This document shows positions 41,619 to 57,297 of a DNA stretch of 64,000 nt, in pieces. The notes below the pieces were generated by a model. The model was not told the origin of the DNA and did no database searches. It saw only the letters and a list, made by a program, of their open reading frames with translations. The stretch lies in the NCBI RefSeq assembly GCF_009914755.1, contig NC_060939.1, one strand, 5' to 3'. Position 1 is the stretch's first letter; the number at the start of each line of letters is the position of its first letter. The DNA comes from the human T2T-CHM13v2.0 reference genome, Homo sapiens. The position numbers were made by a program, and so were the translations under genes.

Positions 41619-42142
41619 AGAAGTATGTTTGATCCACAATTTTTGTGAATTCCCCAAATATTTTATATTACTGATTTCTAATTTCATTCCAATGTGTTTG
41701 ATGAGCATATTTTGTTGTGTGCTTTCAGTCATTTTAAATTTATTCTGACTTGTGTTGTGACCTGACATAGTGTCTATCCTGTACAATGTTCCATGTCCAG
41801 TTGAAAAGAACACGTAGTCTGTTGTTAGGTTGAGTGTTCTATAGATGTTTGTTAGTTCTAGTTAGTTCATAGTGTTGTTTAAGTCTTTTATTTCCTTGGT
41901 GATTTCTGTCTAGTTGTTACATCCATTATTGAAGGTGAGGTACTGATATCCTCAAATATTATTGTTGAAATGTGTATCTCTCTCTTGAATTGTGTCAGTT
42001 TTTCTTAATGCATTTTGGGACTGTATTGCTAAATACATATGTGCTTATACTTGTTATGTCTTATTGATGGATTGATAATTTCATCATTGTAGAGTATCCT
42101 TGTCTCCAGCAACAAGTTTTCCTTAAAGTCTAATTTCTCTAA

Positions 42143-42990
42143 TGTCTTAGTCCTTTTAGACCACTATAATATATTGTCTTAGACTGTGTGAACCAAAAAA
42201 ACCAACCAAACAAACAAAAAACACCAGAGAAAAATGTCTCCAAATATGTTGAATTTATTTGAGAATTAGAATGAGGATTATAAGATGCACAGCTATGCCA
42301 AGGCCATATATGTCTGAAGAGGGGAGAGTAAAGAAAAACTTTGATTGGCAAAAAGGGAAGTTCACATAAACTGCTTGGAAACACAGTTTATTGCTTTTGA
42401 ATACTCAAATGCAGAGTTGGTGTCAGTTCATTAGTGTAGATGCTGTTACTGGGCAGGTGTTCTTTTGAGAGCATCTTATCTAAATTTCCACAGCCCTAAA
42501 GAAATACTTTTTGTGGGGTCATTGTATAAAGTTGTTGAAACAGACTTTACTTTAGACATGCAAGCATTAATTCTCCCCCTTCATGTTCTCCTGGCTTTGT
42601 TTTTTTGTGGGGGGCTCTAACAAAAAAGTGATTTCATCCTAGTATCTGCAAATTTCAAAACTAGGTAGCATATAAACAATAGAAATCTATTTCTCACAGT
42701 TCTAGAGGCTAGGAAGTCCAAGATCAAGGCACCAGCAGATTCAGTGTCTGCAGAGAGTCTACTTCTTGGTTTGAAAATGGAAAACTGACTTCTCGCTGGG
42801 TCTTCACATAGTGGAAAAGGTGAGGGGGTTCTTTCTGTTGTCTCTTTTATAAGGGCATTGATTGCATTCATGAAGATGCTACCCTCATGCTCTAATAACT
42901 CTCAGAGGCCCCACCTCTTGATACCATCACCTTGGGGGTTAGGATTTCAACATACGAATTTGAAGGGAACATAAACATTCAGTGCATTGC
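42143..42990 (-). mobile_element. MLT1 LTR interrupted by a second LTR-like element (about 42186-42660)
   Basis: TGTCTTAGTCC start; MLT1 resumes with AACAATAGAAATCTATTTCTCACAGTTCTAGAGGCTAGGAAGTCCAAGATCAAGG. The family of the intervening segment is uncertain. Confidence 0.7.
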
Positions 42991-45369
42991 ATCTGATATT
43001 AGTATAGTTGCTTCAGCTCTGTTTTTATTACTATTTGCATGGTGTATCTTTTTTCATTCTTTTACTTTCAACCTATCTGTGACTTTGAATCTAAAGTATA
43101 TCTCCTGTAGACAGCCACAGTTCATGTTTTATTTTAATTTATTCTGCCAATCTCCGCCTTCTGATTGGACTGCTTAATCTATTTACCTTTAATGTAATTA
43201 CTGATAAGATTCATGTCTGCCATTTTGCTATTTGTTTTCTGTATGCTTATGCCTTCTTTTCTTTCTTTATCCCTCCATTACTTCCTACTTTTGTGTTAAG
43301 TAGATATTTTTCATTGTACCATTTTAATTCCCTCATGCTATATTTTAAAATTATTTTTTACTGATTGTCCTAGGGATTACAATTAACATCATAATTTATA
43401 ACAATAATGTTCAGATTAATACCAATATAATTTTATTAGCAAACGAAAAATTTTGTTCATGTATAGCTTTATTCTCTTCTCTTTTTGTGCTGTTATTGTC
43501 ACAGAAATTACATATGCATATGTTATATGCCCATTAACATGGATTTTTAATTATTGATTTATGCAGCTGCCTTTAAAAACCAGATAGGAAAAAAATGAGT
43601 AACAAACAAAAAATATATCTATACTGCCTTTTATATTTTCCTATTTAGTTGACTTTATAAACGTTTCTTATTTCTTCATGTGGATTGATATTACTATCTA
43701 GTATCTGTCCATTTTAGTATTCAAGATTCCCTTTAGTGTATCTTGTAGGGCATAACTTCTAACAACAAATTCTCAGTTTTTGTTTATCTGGGTATGTCTT
43801 AATTTTTTCTTCATTTTTGAAGGATATTTTTGCCAGATAAAGAATTCTTAGTTGATAGAGATTTTTTTTGTTTTAGAATTTTCAATATGTAATTCCATTG
43901 CCTTTTTGGCCTCCCTGGTTTCTGATGAGAAATCAGCCATCAATCTTTTTGAGACTCACTTGGACACCATGAGTCACTTGTGTCTTGCTGCTTTCTTTGT
44001 CTTTGTCTTTTGACAGTTTAATTATGTGTCTAGATGTGGATCTCTTTGAGTTTATCCTACTTGGACTTTGTTGAACTTCTCTGATGCATATATTAATAGT
44101 TTTCAACAAATTTGAGAAGTTTATAGACATTATTTATTTAAATATTCTCTCTGCCCCTTTTTCTCCTTCTCTCCTTGACTTCCTGTTATGTGTATGTTGG
44201 TATGCTTGATTGTGTCCACTGGTTTCTGAGGCTTTGTTCATTTTTCTTCATTTTTTTTCTTTCTGTTGCTCACACTGGATAATCTCAATTGATTTATCTC
44301 TGAGTTCACTGCCTTGTCTGTCTGCTCAAATATGCTGTTGATTCTTCCAGGTAAATTTTTCATTTCAGTTATTGTAATTTGTAACTCCAGAATTTCTATT
44401 TGGTTTCTTTTTATCATTCCTATATTCATCAATATTCTCTATTTGGTAAGATGTCATTTCGCATTTTCTTTTAGTTCTTTAGACATTGTTGCCTTTTAGT
44501 TCTTTGGATATATTTTAAATAGCTGATTCAAAGTCTTGGACCGGTAAGGCTAATGTTTGGGCTTCTATAAGGAAAAGTTTCTATTAGTTGCTTTTCTATC
44601 CCCCATTTATATGCCATACTTTCTTGATTTTTTTTTTTGCATGTTCAATAATTTTTTGTTGCAAACTGGACATTTAAAATAACATAATGTGAAAATTCTG
44701 GAAACCAGATTATCTCCCCTCGTCAATATTTATTTTTTGTTTGATAACCTTTCTGAACTAATTCTGTAAAGTCCATATTATTTGTTGTGTATGGCCACCT
44801 GAAGTCTCTGCTTAGTTATCTTAGAGGCCAGCCATTGTTTGGAAATAAACTTCCTTAGAGATGCCTGGAACCAGTAAGTCTCCCAGTCTTTGCCTAGGGG
44901 CTCTGTATGTTTGTTGGTGGCATGCCTTTAACATTCACCCTAAAAGTTATAACTCCACTTTTATCTTTATTTCTTGCTTGTAAAGAGCATCAAAGTTAGC
45001 CAGAAAACCACAGAAAAAATCAAATAACAATTTTCTGGGAATGGGACTTTGAAGAACCCCATTCTCCCATCTCTAGTGGCCATCAGGTGCTGCTTTTTAC
45101 CATCATTGTGGACTGTTGGTTTTTAAGACTATCATACAGCTGTTAAGGGGGATGAAAATAGTCCAAATTAAAATGCCACAAAGCCTCCTGCTCTTACTGA
45201 GATTTGTCCATTTTTCTTAAATAAATGCTTACCTGAATTGCTGCAAATCTTGTTAATTTTTAGAGTCCTGAAAGAAGCTGATTCTGACCATCTTTGCCAC
45301 TGTTCTTCTTGCTTTTACAGAGGAGACAATTTTCAGAGATCCTTCTTTCATCTTTTTCACTAACAAACA

Positions 45370-45686
45370 TTTTTAGTTTTTTGTTTTGTTTTGTTTTGAA
45401 ACAGGGTCTTGCTTGATCACCCAGGCTGGAGTGCAGTGGCACAATCCTGGCTCACTGCAGCCCCAACCTCCTGGACCCATGTGACCCTCTCACCTCAACT
45501 TCCTGAGTACCTGGGACTATAGTCGTGTGCCATTATGGCTGGCTAATTTATTTATTTACTTATTTTTCTGGAGAGATGAAGTTTCACCATGCCTAGTTTG
45601 GTCTCAAAATGCTGGGCTCAAGCAATCCACCCCCCTTCAGCCTCCCAAAGTGCTGGGATTACAGGCATGAGCCACCGCTCCCAGCC
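45370..45686 (-). mobile_element. AluJ
   Basis: Antisense dimer with (TTTTG)n tail. Confidence 0.92.
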
Positions 45687-46741
45687 TCATTTTTAACATT
45701 TTTGATAAGTTATCAGCATTTAGTCATGACCTGACATTTGCATATCAATTTATACTTTATAAAACTTATTTGCATCAAGGCATTGGTTTTTATTCTAAGT
45801 TTATAGATGAAGAAACTGAAACTTATTTGGTACATGATCAGAATCAGATAGCCGATTAGCAGTGGGACTGTGCATTCATTACAGAGCAAGTGTGAAACCT
45901 GGCTCTATTTATCATGTTGTGCTCAATATATGGCACTGCTCTGATCAGTTTGAATCACGCAGAAAAAGAGATTAATATACAGAAGTATCAAGTATTTGGT
46001 TCTAAATTCTTCACAAACTCTAAGATCTGTATTTTCTGAGAAATAAATAATTTAGTGCTTGTGTAGTCAAGGAAGCTTTAAGAAAATAATGTGGAAGGGC
46101 AGGTAGACTTTAAATAGATGAAAAAGAGAGGGGAAGGGGTATCAGGCAAAGGAACACCAGGGGTCTGCAGAACTTTTTTTCTGAGTCTGGCAGGGAGACC
46201 TAACAAACAGATTGTGAGCACTGCTTTTCCTACAATTTCTCATTTCATTATTTCCACAAAATGCATGGATTCTTATTCCCACTTTATAAAAATAATGAGA
46301 AAAGTGAGACTTAGCACTACAATTGCCAGAGATCACAGAACTATTAATTAATTGTTCCAGATGTCATTCTTTGGAGTCTGTAGCAAAACTACCTGCGTTC
46401 AAATCCAGCTCTTCAACTTGTTTTCTGGGTGACTATGGGTAAATGAATTAACTTCCTTATCCTTAGATTTATAATCCATAAAGTAGAGAGAATGGTAGCA
46501 TCTACTTCCTAAGGCTGTTGTGAAAATTAACTGAATTAATGAATTAAGTACTTTAATATGTTTATGTATTATTTTTGCAATAATCTTACAATAATTTAAA
46601 ATCTATTAGAATAGAAAATTTACATATATCAATAAATACACCTATTATTATTTACATATACTATACCATTTTTATTGCGTTTGAATTTCAAAATATTAAT
46701 TACATGTTTAATGCAAGTACCTGTCACATAGAAAGTTCTCT

Positions 46742-46975
46742 ACGTCAGGTACAATGGTTCATGCCTGTAATCTCAGCCCTTTGGGAGGTCAAGGCAGTAG
46801 GATCACATGAGCCCAGGGGTTCAAGACCAGCCTGAGCACCATACAGAGACTCCATCTCTACAAACATTTTTTTAAAAATTAACCAGGCATGGTGGCCCGC
46901 ACCTGTATTTCCAGCTGCTTGGGAGGCTGAGGTTGCATGGGTGACAAAGCAAGGCCTTATCTCAAAGAGAAAAGG
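46742..46975 (+). mobile_element. AluJ with internally deleted right arm
   Basis: Left arm complete; right arm jumps from GAGGTTGCA to GGGTGACAAAG. Confidence 0.85.
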
Positions 46976-47924
46976 AAAATTCTCTAGACAACAACACTAC
47001 AACCCTTCCTATCACACATTACCTACCTGAGAGAGATTTAAAATCCACTTAGTCTTCCAAATATAGTCCTTCTCTTAGATCCTAGAAATTATATTTCTCC
47101 AATGCCTCTTACATTTCCAGTTTTTCAATTCTGACCCTATATCACTGGCTCAAGTATGCATTACTCCTTACCTCCACAATTACATTATTTCCTCCATTGT
47201 CAAGTTGCTATCTCCCCCTTTCTAATAAATGGGTATCTCATTTTCTTATACAAATTTTGTATAGAATTTGACCTCAGTAGTTTTCTGTTATTAATTTTTA
47301 CGTGGATTTGATTGGCCAACTTTCTTTTCATGAACATTTAGAAGAAGGAAGTTCAGTTAGCTCTTTAAACTTCACAAAGCTCCTTCTTGCTGTTTTCAGG
47401 TAGTGTTAAAAAATATTTAAAGGCTTGCATTCTGGGATATTTTGGTTCTGTTCCTCCCACTCATTTTTATCCAAACCTTCATCTCTATTTTGATTCCACT
47501 CCTAGCACTTTCTCCTGGAGTCAGAACTTAAATGGGAAGGGAGCCCTGATGGGTCAGTTTGGAGAGTTTATGAGGGGCTGGACTTCCCCTGTCCCCTAGG
47601 CCCTCACCATTTGCCCCTTGCACTCACCTATTATTAGAGATGATCTGAACTTTCCCAGTGTTAGCTGCTGGCTTCATATCCCTCTTCTCCCATGTTTTCT
47701 GTTGGATATCTGTTGACTGATTCAGGGTTTTTCTCTTTTCAAGTTTTGATGCCTTCTTGCTTCTTTCTGCTTCCTCCCTGACAGAAGAACATAAGACTCA
47801 AGCTTTGTAGCAGTTAGTGGCTTATTCCACCTGTTTATATTTTGGGGGTGGGGGGAGATGTTGTCACTCAGTTTTTTTATAACTGTTGATCATGAGTTTT
47901 TGGTTTTGCTGGCTAGGCACTCTG

Positions 47925-48251
<327 letters not shown>

Positions 48252-50833
48252 TAGGAAGACAAAAGCTATCCTGCCACTGCTACTGCCATTTATCCAGAAT
48301 CCTCTGTGTTAAACATTCCAAATGTGTTAGATTTTGTGTGAAGTTCCCAAGAAAGAGAACAGTTTAGTGAAGGAGACAGAGAAGCAGACCACAATCAGGG
48401 TGCACTCGGCTCTGTACACAGGTACTATGTGTGCAAGAAGAGCGTTGCCTAGTTTTGTGAGATAGTGGGGAAGAGAACACGAAAAACTTCCTGGAAGAGA
48501 TAATATTAGAGCTGAGCTTTGAAGGACAATTGTAAGTTAGCTAGGTTGATTGAGTTGGGGAAGTCTCTTCTAAGCCAAGGAAATCACATGGGCAAGAGAG
48601 TGGAAGCTTGAGATAATAGGACATAGTTAGATACCATATGTTTAACTATAGATGTACAGGGACTGAGAGCATGGTTCTTAGGAGAAATGATGAGATATGA
48701 GCCTAGAAAGATGAGTGGAGCAATTCATGAAGGTTGAGGTTGTAAGCTGTGGAATGCATGTAGCATCAGTTATAAACAAGAGACCTTGTCTCACAGTGTG
48801 CCCTGCTCTGCCTTGTTGCTCAAAGAAATCATTCCAACAGTGATCCCCACCCCTTCCAGTCTAAATAGAACCCTGTGGTTCATACTAATCTTCAACTATC
48901 CAACTAATTTGTCTATTGGTTCATTTTTCAGATTTTTGCCCGAACTGTCTTCTGTAAAGTCTCTGTCCCTAGCCTCTTTCTGACTACTTGTTAAATTTTG
49001 GAAAGTTCTGTTGACTTCCCACTGTTCCATCCCAGCTCATCAGCCCTGACTCTAAGACAACTTGCCATCTGGCTTCTGGAATCATTACACCCCTCATTAC
49101 TGTATTCCTTTGTCTATAGATCAACTATTATTAAGCATTTAAAATGTACCAAAAGATGAATAAGAAATTGTCTGTCTTAGTTTGGAATCTCCACTAACTT
49201 AGATATTGAGACAAGTGTTAGGGTGTAGTTAGTTTATTCAGGAGGTGCTCCCAGGAAGCACAGGAGGAGGAGTGGGGAAATCAAGAGAGGGAAGGGATAA
49301 AAGCTAGCAAAGGATGCATTAATGAGTGTGTTGTTGTGGACAACTGGGGCTCAGTTCCTCTGGTTATCCTCTAAGAAATCATGCCTCAGAATGGTCTTAA
49401 CAAGGGCCAAGAAGCTGCAGTATTTTCCCACAGATTTCTATCTCTCATTGGTTGAGATTTGTCCTGGAAGCAATACATTCTTGGCACTTCTGAGTTGCTC
49501 TGCAGCTGTGCAGAACAAGTTCCCATGGCATTGGATAAAGCCCTCAACCAGCAAAGCAGGTGGACCCACACTTAAGCTAGGAAGGTGTAACTATCTCTGT
49601 AACTATCATCTGCATGCTCTGTAACTATCATCTGCAGTTGCAGAAAAGCTCAGAAGTCAGCATGGGGATGTAGGACAGGGCATAGACACTATTTTCTATG
49701 TAGTCCTTGCTTTCAAGAGGTTTTCTTCTAGTAGGCAGAGACAGCCATGTGAACAAATAGAGTGTTGTAGTATTGTGAGTGCTATGGTAGGAGAATATAC
49801 AGTGTACGTGTGGGAGGAGGTACAATGGAGGAAGTGGTGTATTCTACTTGGAAAGGATTGGGAAAGGTTCCCAAGAAAAGTCACCCATAGACTCCACTCT
49901 GTCCTACTTGACCTAATCTCTCAACTGAGACACAAACTCACAACTGAGTTGAGGGGAGTGGGCAGGGAGGATGACAACAGAAGACTTCTATGATCCAGTC
50001 TGCACTTTGGTGAGTCAGTCTTCCAACAGTGTGGAGGACAGGCTGGAGCAGAACAAGTCCAGAGGATTCATTAGGAAACTTTGTACTAAATCATGCAAGA
50101 CAGTCCGAGAGCCCGGATTATATCTGTGGCAGTGGGGCTGAAGAGAAGAGAAACATTCTAGAAGAATAATGGAGGATTGAGAGAACATGTTAATGGATTG
50201 CAAACGAGGGTTGCAGGAGAGAGAAGAGTTTAAAGATGTGTCTGGATGAAATGACTGGGTCATGGTGATGCCATTTAGGGAGATGGGGATACAGGAGGAA
50301 GAAAAGGCTTTACAGGAAGGAGGGTGACCTCCTATATGAATGAGTTGAGGTGCTCTTGGGACATTCATATAAGGACTGTGACCACAGCATGACAGAAATT
50401 AGAAAAGGTGAAGGACAATGTGGCCAAAGAGTTTGGAATTCAAAGGAATGAGAGTTGAGCAAACAGTGAGGACTCAGGTAAGTTGCTCTCTTTCTCTTGT
50501 CCCAGAGATGCAGGTAGGAAAGGAGATATAAAAGAATGAACCATTGAAAATAGAGTCACAAAAGAAATTCGGTTCTCAGAAGAGAGACAATAAGACAATT
50601 TGCAATTGGGGCCAAAGGGAGAAGCAAATGGAGAAGGTGAGGGTAGAAGGATCCTATTATTAATCACAGACTTTCCCCAGGATTCTAAAGAGAAACTCAT
50701 GAGAAGTTGTTGAGGCATGTTTGCCAAGCCCATCCCCAATTGATGGGAAGCGGAAAAGACAGATGGAGTGTATTTCCAGCTCACTATTAATAAACAGCAC
50801 TTTCCATCTGTACCATAGGCTAAATAATCTCAC

Positions 50834-50834
50834 T

Positions 50835-50865
<31 letters not shown>

Positions 50866-51162
50866 CTTACTTACTTATTGAGACGGGATCTCGCTTTATT
50901 GCTGAGCCTGCAGTGCAGTGGCACAATCACACTCACTTCAGCCTCAACTTCCCAGGCTCCAGCAATCCTCCCACCTCAGCCTCCCAAGTAGCTGGGACCA
51001 TAGGTGCATACCACCATGCCTGGCTAATTTTTGTATTTTTGGCAGAGAACAGGGTTTCGCCATGTTGCCCAGGTTGGTCTGGAACTCCTGAGCTCAAGCA
51101 ATCCACCTATCTTGGACTCCCAAAGTGCTGGGATTACACTTGTGAGCCACCACACGCAGTCC
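50834..51162 (-). mobile_element. AluJ
   Basis: (TTTA)n tail; TSD TAATCTCACTTT. Confidence 0.93.
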
Positions 51163-52009
51163 TAATCTCACTTTCTAAAGCCTTCTAAGTTATGCCATTT
51201 TCAGTCTTTTATGAGAGAAAATACCTGCAAAATATCTTTCAGGCTTTTAAATATCAAGAGTTGAAATAAAGTTAATATTTTTAGTTGAATACTTTAAAAA
51301 ATTTTTGTCCCATTGAACGTTTTTTTCTTTGTGCAGGTCACATGGTGGACCATATTTCAGAACAGCTATTATCAGATGGTGGAAGAAGGGCCAGAATGAA
51401 GGACACAATGTGTTTTGAGGTAGATAATTGTTTTCTGAGAAAAGATGAAACAGACGAAAAGGAATTATCCATTCATAAGATCCTTTAGGTGTTCCAAGGA
51501 ATGTATAAGAAGCTTTTTTCCTCAGAATATTGACTCATCCCCAGCAAGAGGATGATTCAAAATAATAAGTGATTATAGTACCGGTCAGTAACAACTCTAA
51601 GACTTCATAAAGGAAAACATTATGAATGATAAATTACGCAGAAGAAAGTCTTTGATAAAAGGGAGGAAATTACACTGGTGGAGAGGAGTGAGATAAGAGA
51701 GCATTCTTGGCAGGGCAACAGTGTGAACAGGTGTAGAGTTAAGAGTGACAATGCATTTTCAGGGGAATGACTTAGAATGTCCCAGCTGGGGGATGTTGGG
51801 GATGACATTGGAGAGATAAAGTGGGTCTCATTGGCTGATGGCCCTTAATGCTTGGTGCAGAGAGTGGATTGATCTGATAGGTAAGAGAAGACATTGTAAA
51901 TGTAGCAGGAGAATGCCGGGATAAGAGTGACATTAGAGAAATAATTTTCTGGATTGTTAAAGAAACCAGTTAAGCCAGTGGCTCGCAACATATTTGGGGC
52001 ACTGACTGC

Positions 52010-52449
52010 TGAGGTAGATTGAATAATGGCCTCCCAAAGACATTCACATTCTAATTCCTGGAACCCATTAGTGTTATGGTATGTGGCAAAGGGGACTTTG
52101 CAAATGTTAGGGATCTCAAGATGGGGAGACTATCCTGGATTACCTGAGTGGGGCCAATGTAATCACAAGGGTCTTTATCAGAGAGAGACAGGAGGTCAGA
52201 GTGAGTAGGCAATGTAACGACATAAGCGAGGGCTGGACTAGTGCAAGGAGGTGACCACAGGCCGACAAATGCTGGTGGTATCCGGAAGCTGGGAAAGGCA
52301 AAGAAACGGAAGCCTCCAGAAGGAGTGAAGCCCTCCCAAAGCTTTGATTTTAGACTTCTGTCCTCCAGAACTGTAGGAGAAAAAACTTATGTTGTTTTAA
52401 GCCGTTAAATTTTCAGTGATTGTTACGGTGGTACTAGGAAACTGATACA
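52010..52449 (+). mobile_element. MLT1D-like MaLR LTR
   Basis: GAATAATGGCCTCCCAAAGA...ATCCTGGATTACCTGAGTGGGCCAATGTAATCACAAGGGTC...GGAAACTGATACA. Confidence 0.85.
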
Positions 52450-53539
52450 AGCCCCTTTAAGAGGCTGATGGAAAGTATTATTTGACACAAGAAATACGTG
52501 TATGTACACAAACACACAAGAATTTAAAAAATATTTTCAGGGGTTTTATAGTCCCACTAAAGCTCATCTGTGGACCTTATAGAGGGTGTTTAGTTCCCAG
52601 GTTAATAAACCCTGGAGTTGACAGGTTATTTTCATACTTAACACATGTAATAAAAAGGTTTAGGGCTGTATCAGTAAGACAGGAAAAGACAGTGTAAATC
52701 TAAGAGGTATTATGGTAGAGGGCTAAATTTGCAGTCTAAGGACAGGGCTACATTAAAGCTGACTCCAAGATTTCAAACCTGGGAGACCAAGAGAATAGGT
52801 TATGTCAACAAGAGATGGAGAAGGTAAGAAGACAAGAAAGTTTGCCGGGAAAAATGTGGGGTACAGCCTGTGATACAGAGGCTACCATTCGAGGTCTTCA
52901 GTTCATCTCAGGACCTAGAACCCCCAAGGAGAACACTTGTGTGAGGCAAACCAGAGGCTAGAGCTCAGGCTTGAAAAGAAACGTGAGAGAATGAGCAAGA
53001 GAGAGGCCAAGAACAGAGCTTGGGGTAGAGTTCCCCCAGCAAGGAATTGAGTAGAGCCAGGGAAGGGACTGGAAATGGATCATCATGGATGCCACAGAGG
53101 TGGGCGTGAGGATGATGCCCCCAATCTGTACCCGCCAATTCCTCTAATCAATATAATAACTGACTGCTACCTGAGGTTCAACCCCAGGATCAGTTCAGTT
53201 CCTAGGAAGACTGGTAAGTTGGTCTTCAGCCAGAGGGATGTTAAGATGGAAAAATATAGTTAATTGACTCAGAATTGGGGCCAAAATAACAACAAACAAC
53301 AGAAGTAAAATAAATAAACAAAGTGCAGGACAGCATAATGTGAAAAGATACAACCAGGGCTGTCCCAGGAAATTCCAGATATCTGGTCTAACTTGATAAT
53401 GGACAACGAGGTCTATGTCATTATTTTAGGAGTCTATAAAAAGGTACCCCTACAATATGTAGACAGCTTAAGGAAAGGGTCACTCTAAATTTTATGCAAA
53501 AAAATAGAACATTCTGGAGAAAAGTATGAGCTCTAGAAC

Positions 53540-54124
53540 TGTTGGGGTGATTGGACCCAACACCAGGTCGTGGGGGTGACGAAGTCCGGCAGAATTAAAG
53601 AAATGAGAAAAGACACTTTGAGAGAGAAAGTGGGACCAGCGGGCCATCATGAGTGTGGAGGCTGCGAAGGCCCCGAGTTCTGGAAGCTCAGACTATTTAT
53701 TGGTGATCAAACAAAGAAACAGGTGGTGAGAATGTGGGGTTGAAAGGGAGCGTTGCATTAAGCACATGATTTACAGCTGTGATGGTTTAGCATATGCTCT
53801 GCTACTTGAGATAGTGGAGAGCAGGTTCTTTTAACTCAAGATACAATCAATCCTGGGAGAGCAAGGAGCAAGGAGCCAGCAAGTCTAGACACATTCCAGA
53901 GTCAAGAGCCCTGGATTCTATCCAAGCCACGAGGGGTTTTATGCCCCGGACTTAGATTATGGTGTGTCAGGGTAGCCTTCCACCTTTTAGCACAGAGTTT
54001 GGTGTTCCAAAGGCCACAAAGGGTTTTAGACCCTGGACCCCACATGTGTTCCAAGACTCTTTTACATTATGTCAGACATGCAAGCCCTGCCTCAGCTTCT
54101 CCCAACACTCAGCTTTTCCCAACA
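53540..54124 (-). mobile_element. ERVK-class solo LTR (probably LTR14C), inserted into a MIR
   Basis: TGTTGGG...CCCAACA termini, 585 bp, perfect 6-bp TSD TAGAAC (53534-53539 and 54125-54130), AATAAA on the minus strand near 53697. Subfamily name is from memory. Confidence 0.8.
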
Positions 54125-54309
54125 TAGAACCAGGAAGACCTCGATTCAAATCAGGACTCCTCCAGTTACTGCCACCCAGGCAAATGTCCTAATGCCCGGA
54201 AGTCTAGTTTTCTTATCTTTAGAACTGCAATAACAATATCTTTCATTACAAAGATATTGCCAAGATTATGTGTGGTAATATTTGTATTGTAAATTATTTT
54301 TAATCTTCC

Positions 54310-55160
<851 letters not shown>

Positions 55161-56992
55161 CAAAACAATATTCATAAAGCAATTTGCATGGTACTTGACA
55201 CATAAAAAATTGCTCAGTAAGAAGTGGCTGTTGTCCCTTGATAAGACAGCTGCTAGGCAGTATGTCTTGGAGATGTTACACAATATGATTGTGCTCCTCC
55301 ACAATAACATTCTATCTAATCTAGTCTGATCTAATCTACTTCCACATCAGATCAAGGGGGTGTTACTCTGAAACTGTAACCCACTCCATAGTATTGTGAA
55401 ATGTCTGAGGTCATGGTGCTGTCATAAAGAAAAGGGGTTGCTTGGAATCTAGAAAAAGTATAGACAAAGAAGAGTCACAGGTATTATGTCCTTCCTGTTT
55501 GTCATATGGACTGTGTTATATGAAATAATTCATTTACTCCTCAGAAGAGTCCCATGAGGTATGAACTATTATTATATTCATATGTCCTATAAGGAAACTG
55601 AGGTGCAAAGCAGTTAATAGCTTGCTCAAGGTTCATAGCTATTAAGTATTGAAAGAGAAATATTAATAGAAACCCAAGCCCTCTAATTTGGGGGTTTTTG
55701 AACTCAACCCTATACTCTTCTCTCTCTCACGAGTAAGGAAATGGTCTCCAGCACCACTCAGGTGATGGAGTCATGACCAAAGAACACAATGTTCTGGTTC
55801 CTTCCATAGATAGATCCCCACAGTAGAAATAGGTACATCAATCAGGTTACTGTCTGAATCTTTTCTGGAACAGAGTGATAGGAATGAGGGTGCTAGGGTT
55901 TCTGACACATAAAGATTCTGGTTGCTGGGCTAGATGTCAGAATGGATGGGGACAATTTCCAAGAGTTATCTGAAGGACAGAAGCCAGGAGTGAAAGTCAG
56001 GTTGAGAACTAGGAACCATCTAAAGAAATATCAATCCCAAAGCAGATGGACTCAAAGGTGAAAACCTGGCTGAGGAAAAGGGAGTATGAAATAGAGCCAC
56101 CAGATGGAGTCATAGGGTCTGGAACCTGGAGACAGAATCCCTGAGAGTGGAATGGGAAGCAAGTTCTTTCTTGAAGGGAACCTGTCTGTGGATGGAAGGA
56201 GCAGTTCAGTAATAACAGTGACTTGTTAAGGCAGCCATTCCCTCCATTCTAATCCATGTTTTCCAAGATTCCAAGAGTAATTTGGCTTCTCTGATAGACT
56301 TTACTACTAAGGAAGCATGTGCTGATCAGCCAACAGGGTAATCATGGTTGTTCTGCACAACGTAAGTTAATAAATGGTCATCTTGTTTGTTAGTCAGTAT
56401 CTGGTGAATATTGTAACACGATTCAGTTCTCCAGGACTCAGTCACATTTGGGCAATACAATAAAATTAAGCTTCCAGATCTGGGAAGCTGAAAACATCCT
56501 TGGTCTCAGTTGATTCCACTCGAAGGACAATCATATCTCCTTTTGTAAGAGAGTTAATCAGTCTTACCTTAACATCTTTTTAGGGGCAAGAAGTTCCATA
56601 AATTCTATGTACTAAGAGTTCATTTAATTCAATTGCATGCAAATTAAATGACAATATTATATTTTACAAGCAGTAGCGGCACCAAGAGGTGGCTTGTAGG
56701 GCTTTAGGAATCTCCCAATTTCCATCACCTGCTTCAAGCCTCCCCAAATATAATTATAATGGACCAATTTTGGAGGTGTGTAACTCACATTTTTCAAAAC
56801 TTATTTAAAGTATCTTCACAAAACAGTTCTATGGGTCCACATCATGCATTCAACACAACCCCAAGAAGTCCCCAAGCTCTTCTTCCAACCAGACTTTTGA
56901 CCCTGAGGCCCCACTGTTCATGAGTGAAATCAGTAGCAGAACAAGGAGGGACAGCACATTCTAGAAGAAAGAAGACAGGACTAGAAATTAGG

Positions 56993-57297
56993 GGCTGGGT
57001 GCGGTGACTCAGGCCTGTAATCCCAGCACTTTGGAAGGCCAAGGCAGGTGGATCACGAAGTCAGGAGTTCGCAACCAGCCTGGCCAAAGTGGTGAAACCC
57101 TGTCTATACTAAAAATACAAAAATTAGCTGGGCAATGGTGGCATACACTTGTAATCTTAGCTACTCAGAAGGCTGAGGCAGGAGAATTGCTTGAACTCAG
57201 GAGGTGGAGGCTTCAGTGAGCCGAGATTGTGCCACTGCACTCCAGCGTGGGCGACAGAGCAAGATTCTGTCTCAAAAACAAAAACAAAAGAATAAAA
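56993..57297 (+). mobile_element. AluS
   Basis: Full dimer; flanking AGAAATTAGG duplicated. Confidence 0.95.

Noticed and set aside
45064-45082. CTCF-like TGGCCACTAGAGATGG (minus strand), and a similar partial match near 3260-3275
   Set aside because: Both lack the invariant GGC of the core; the first lies within an L1.
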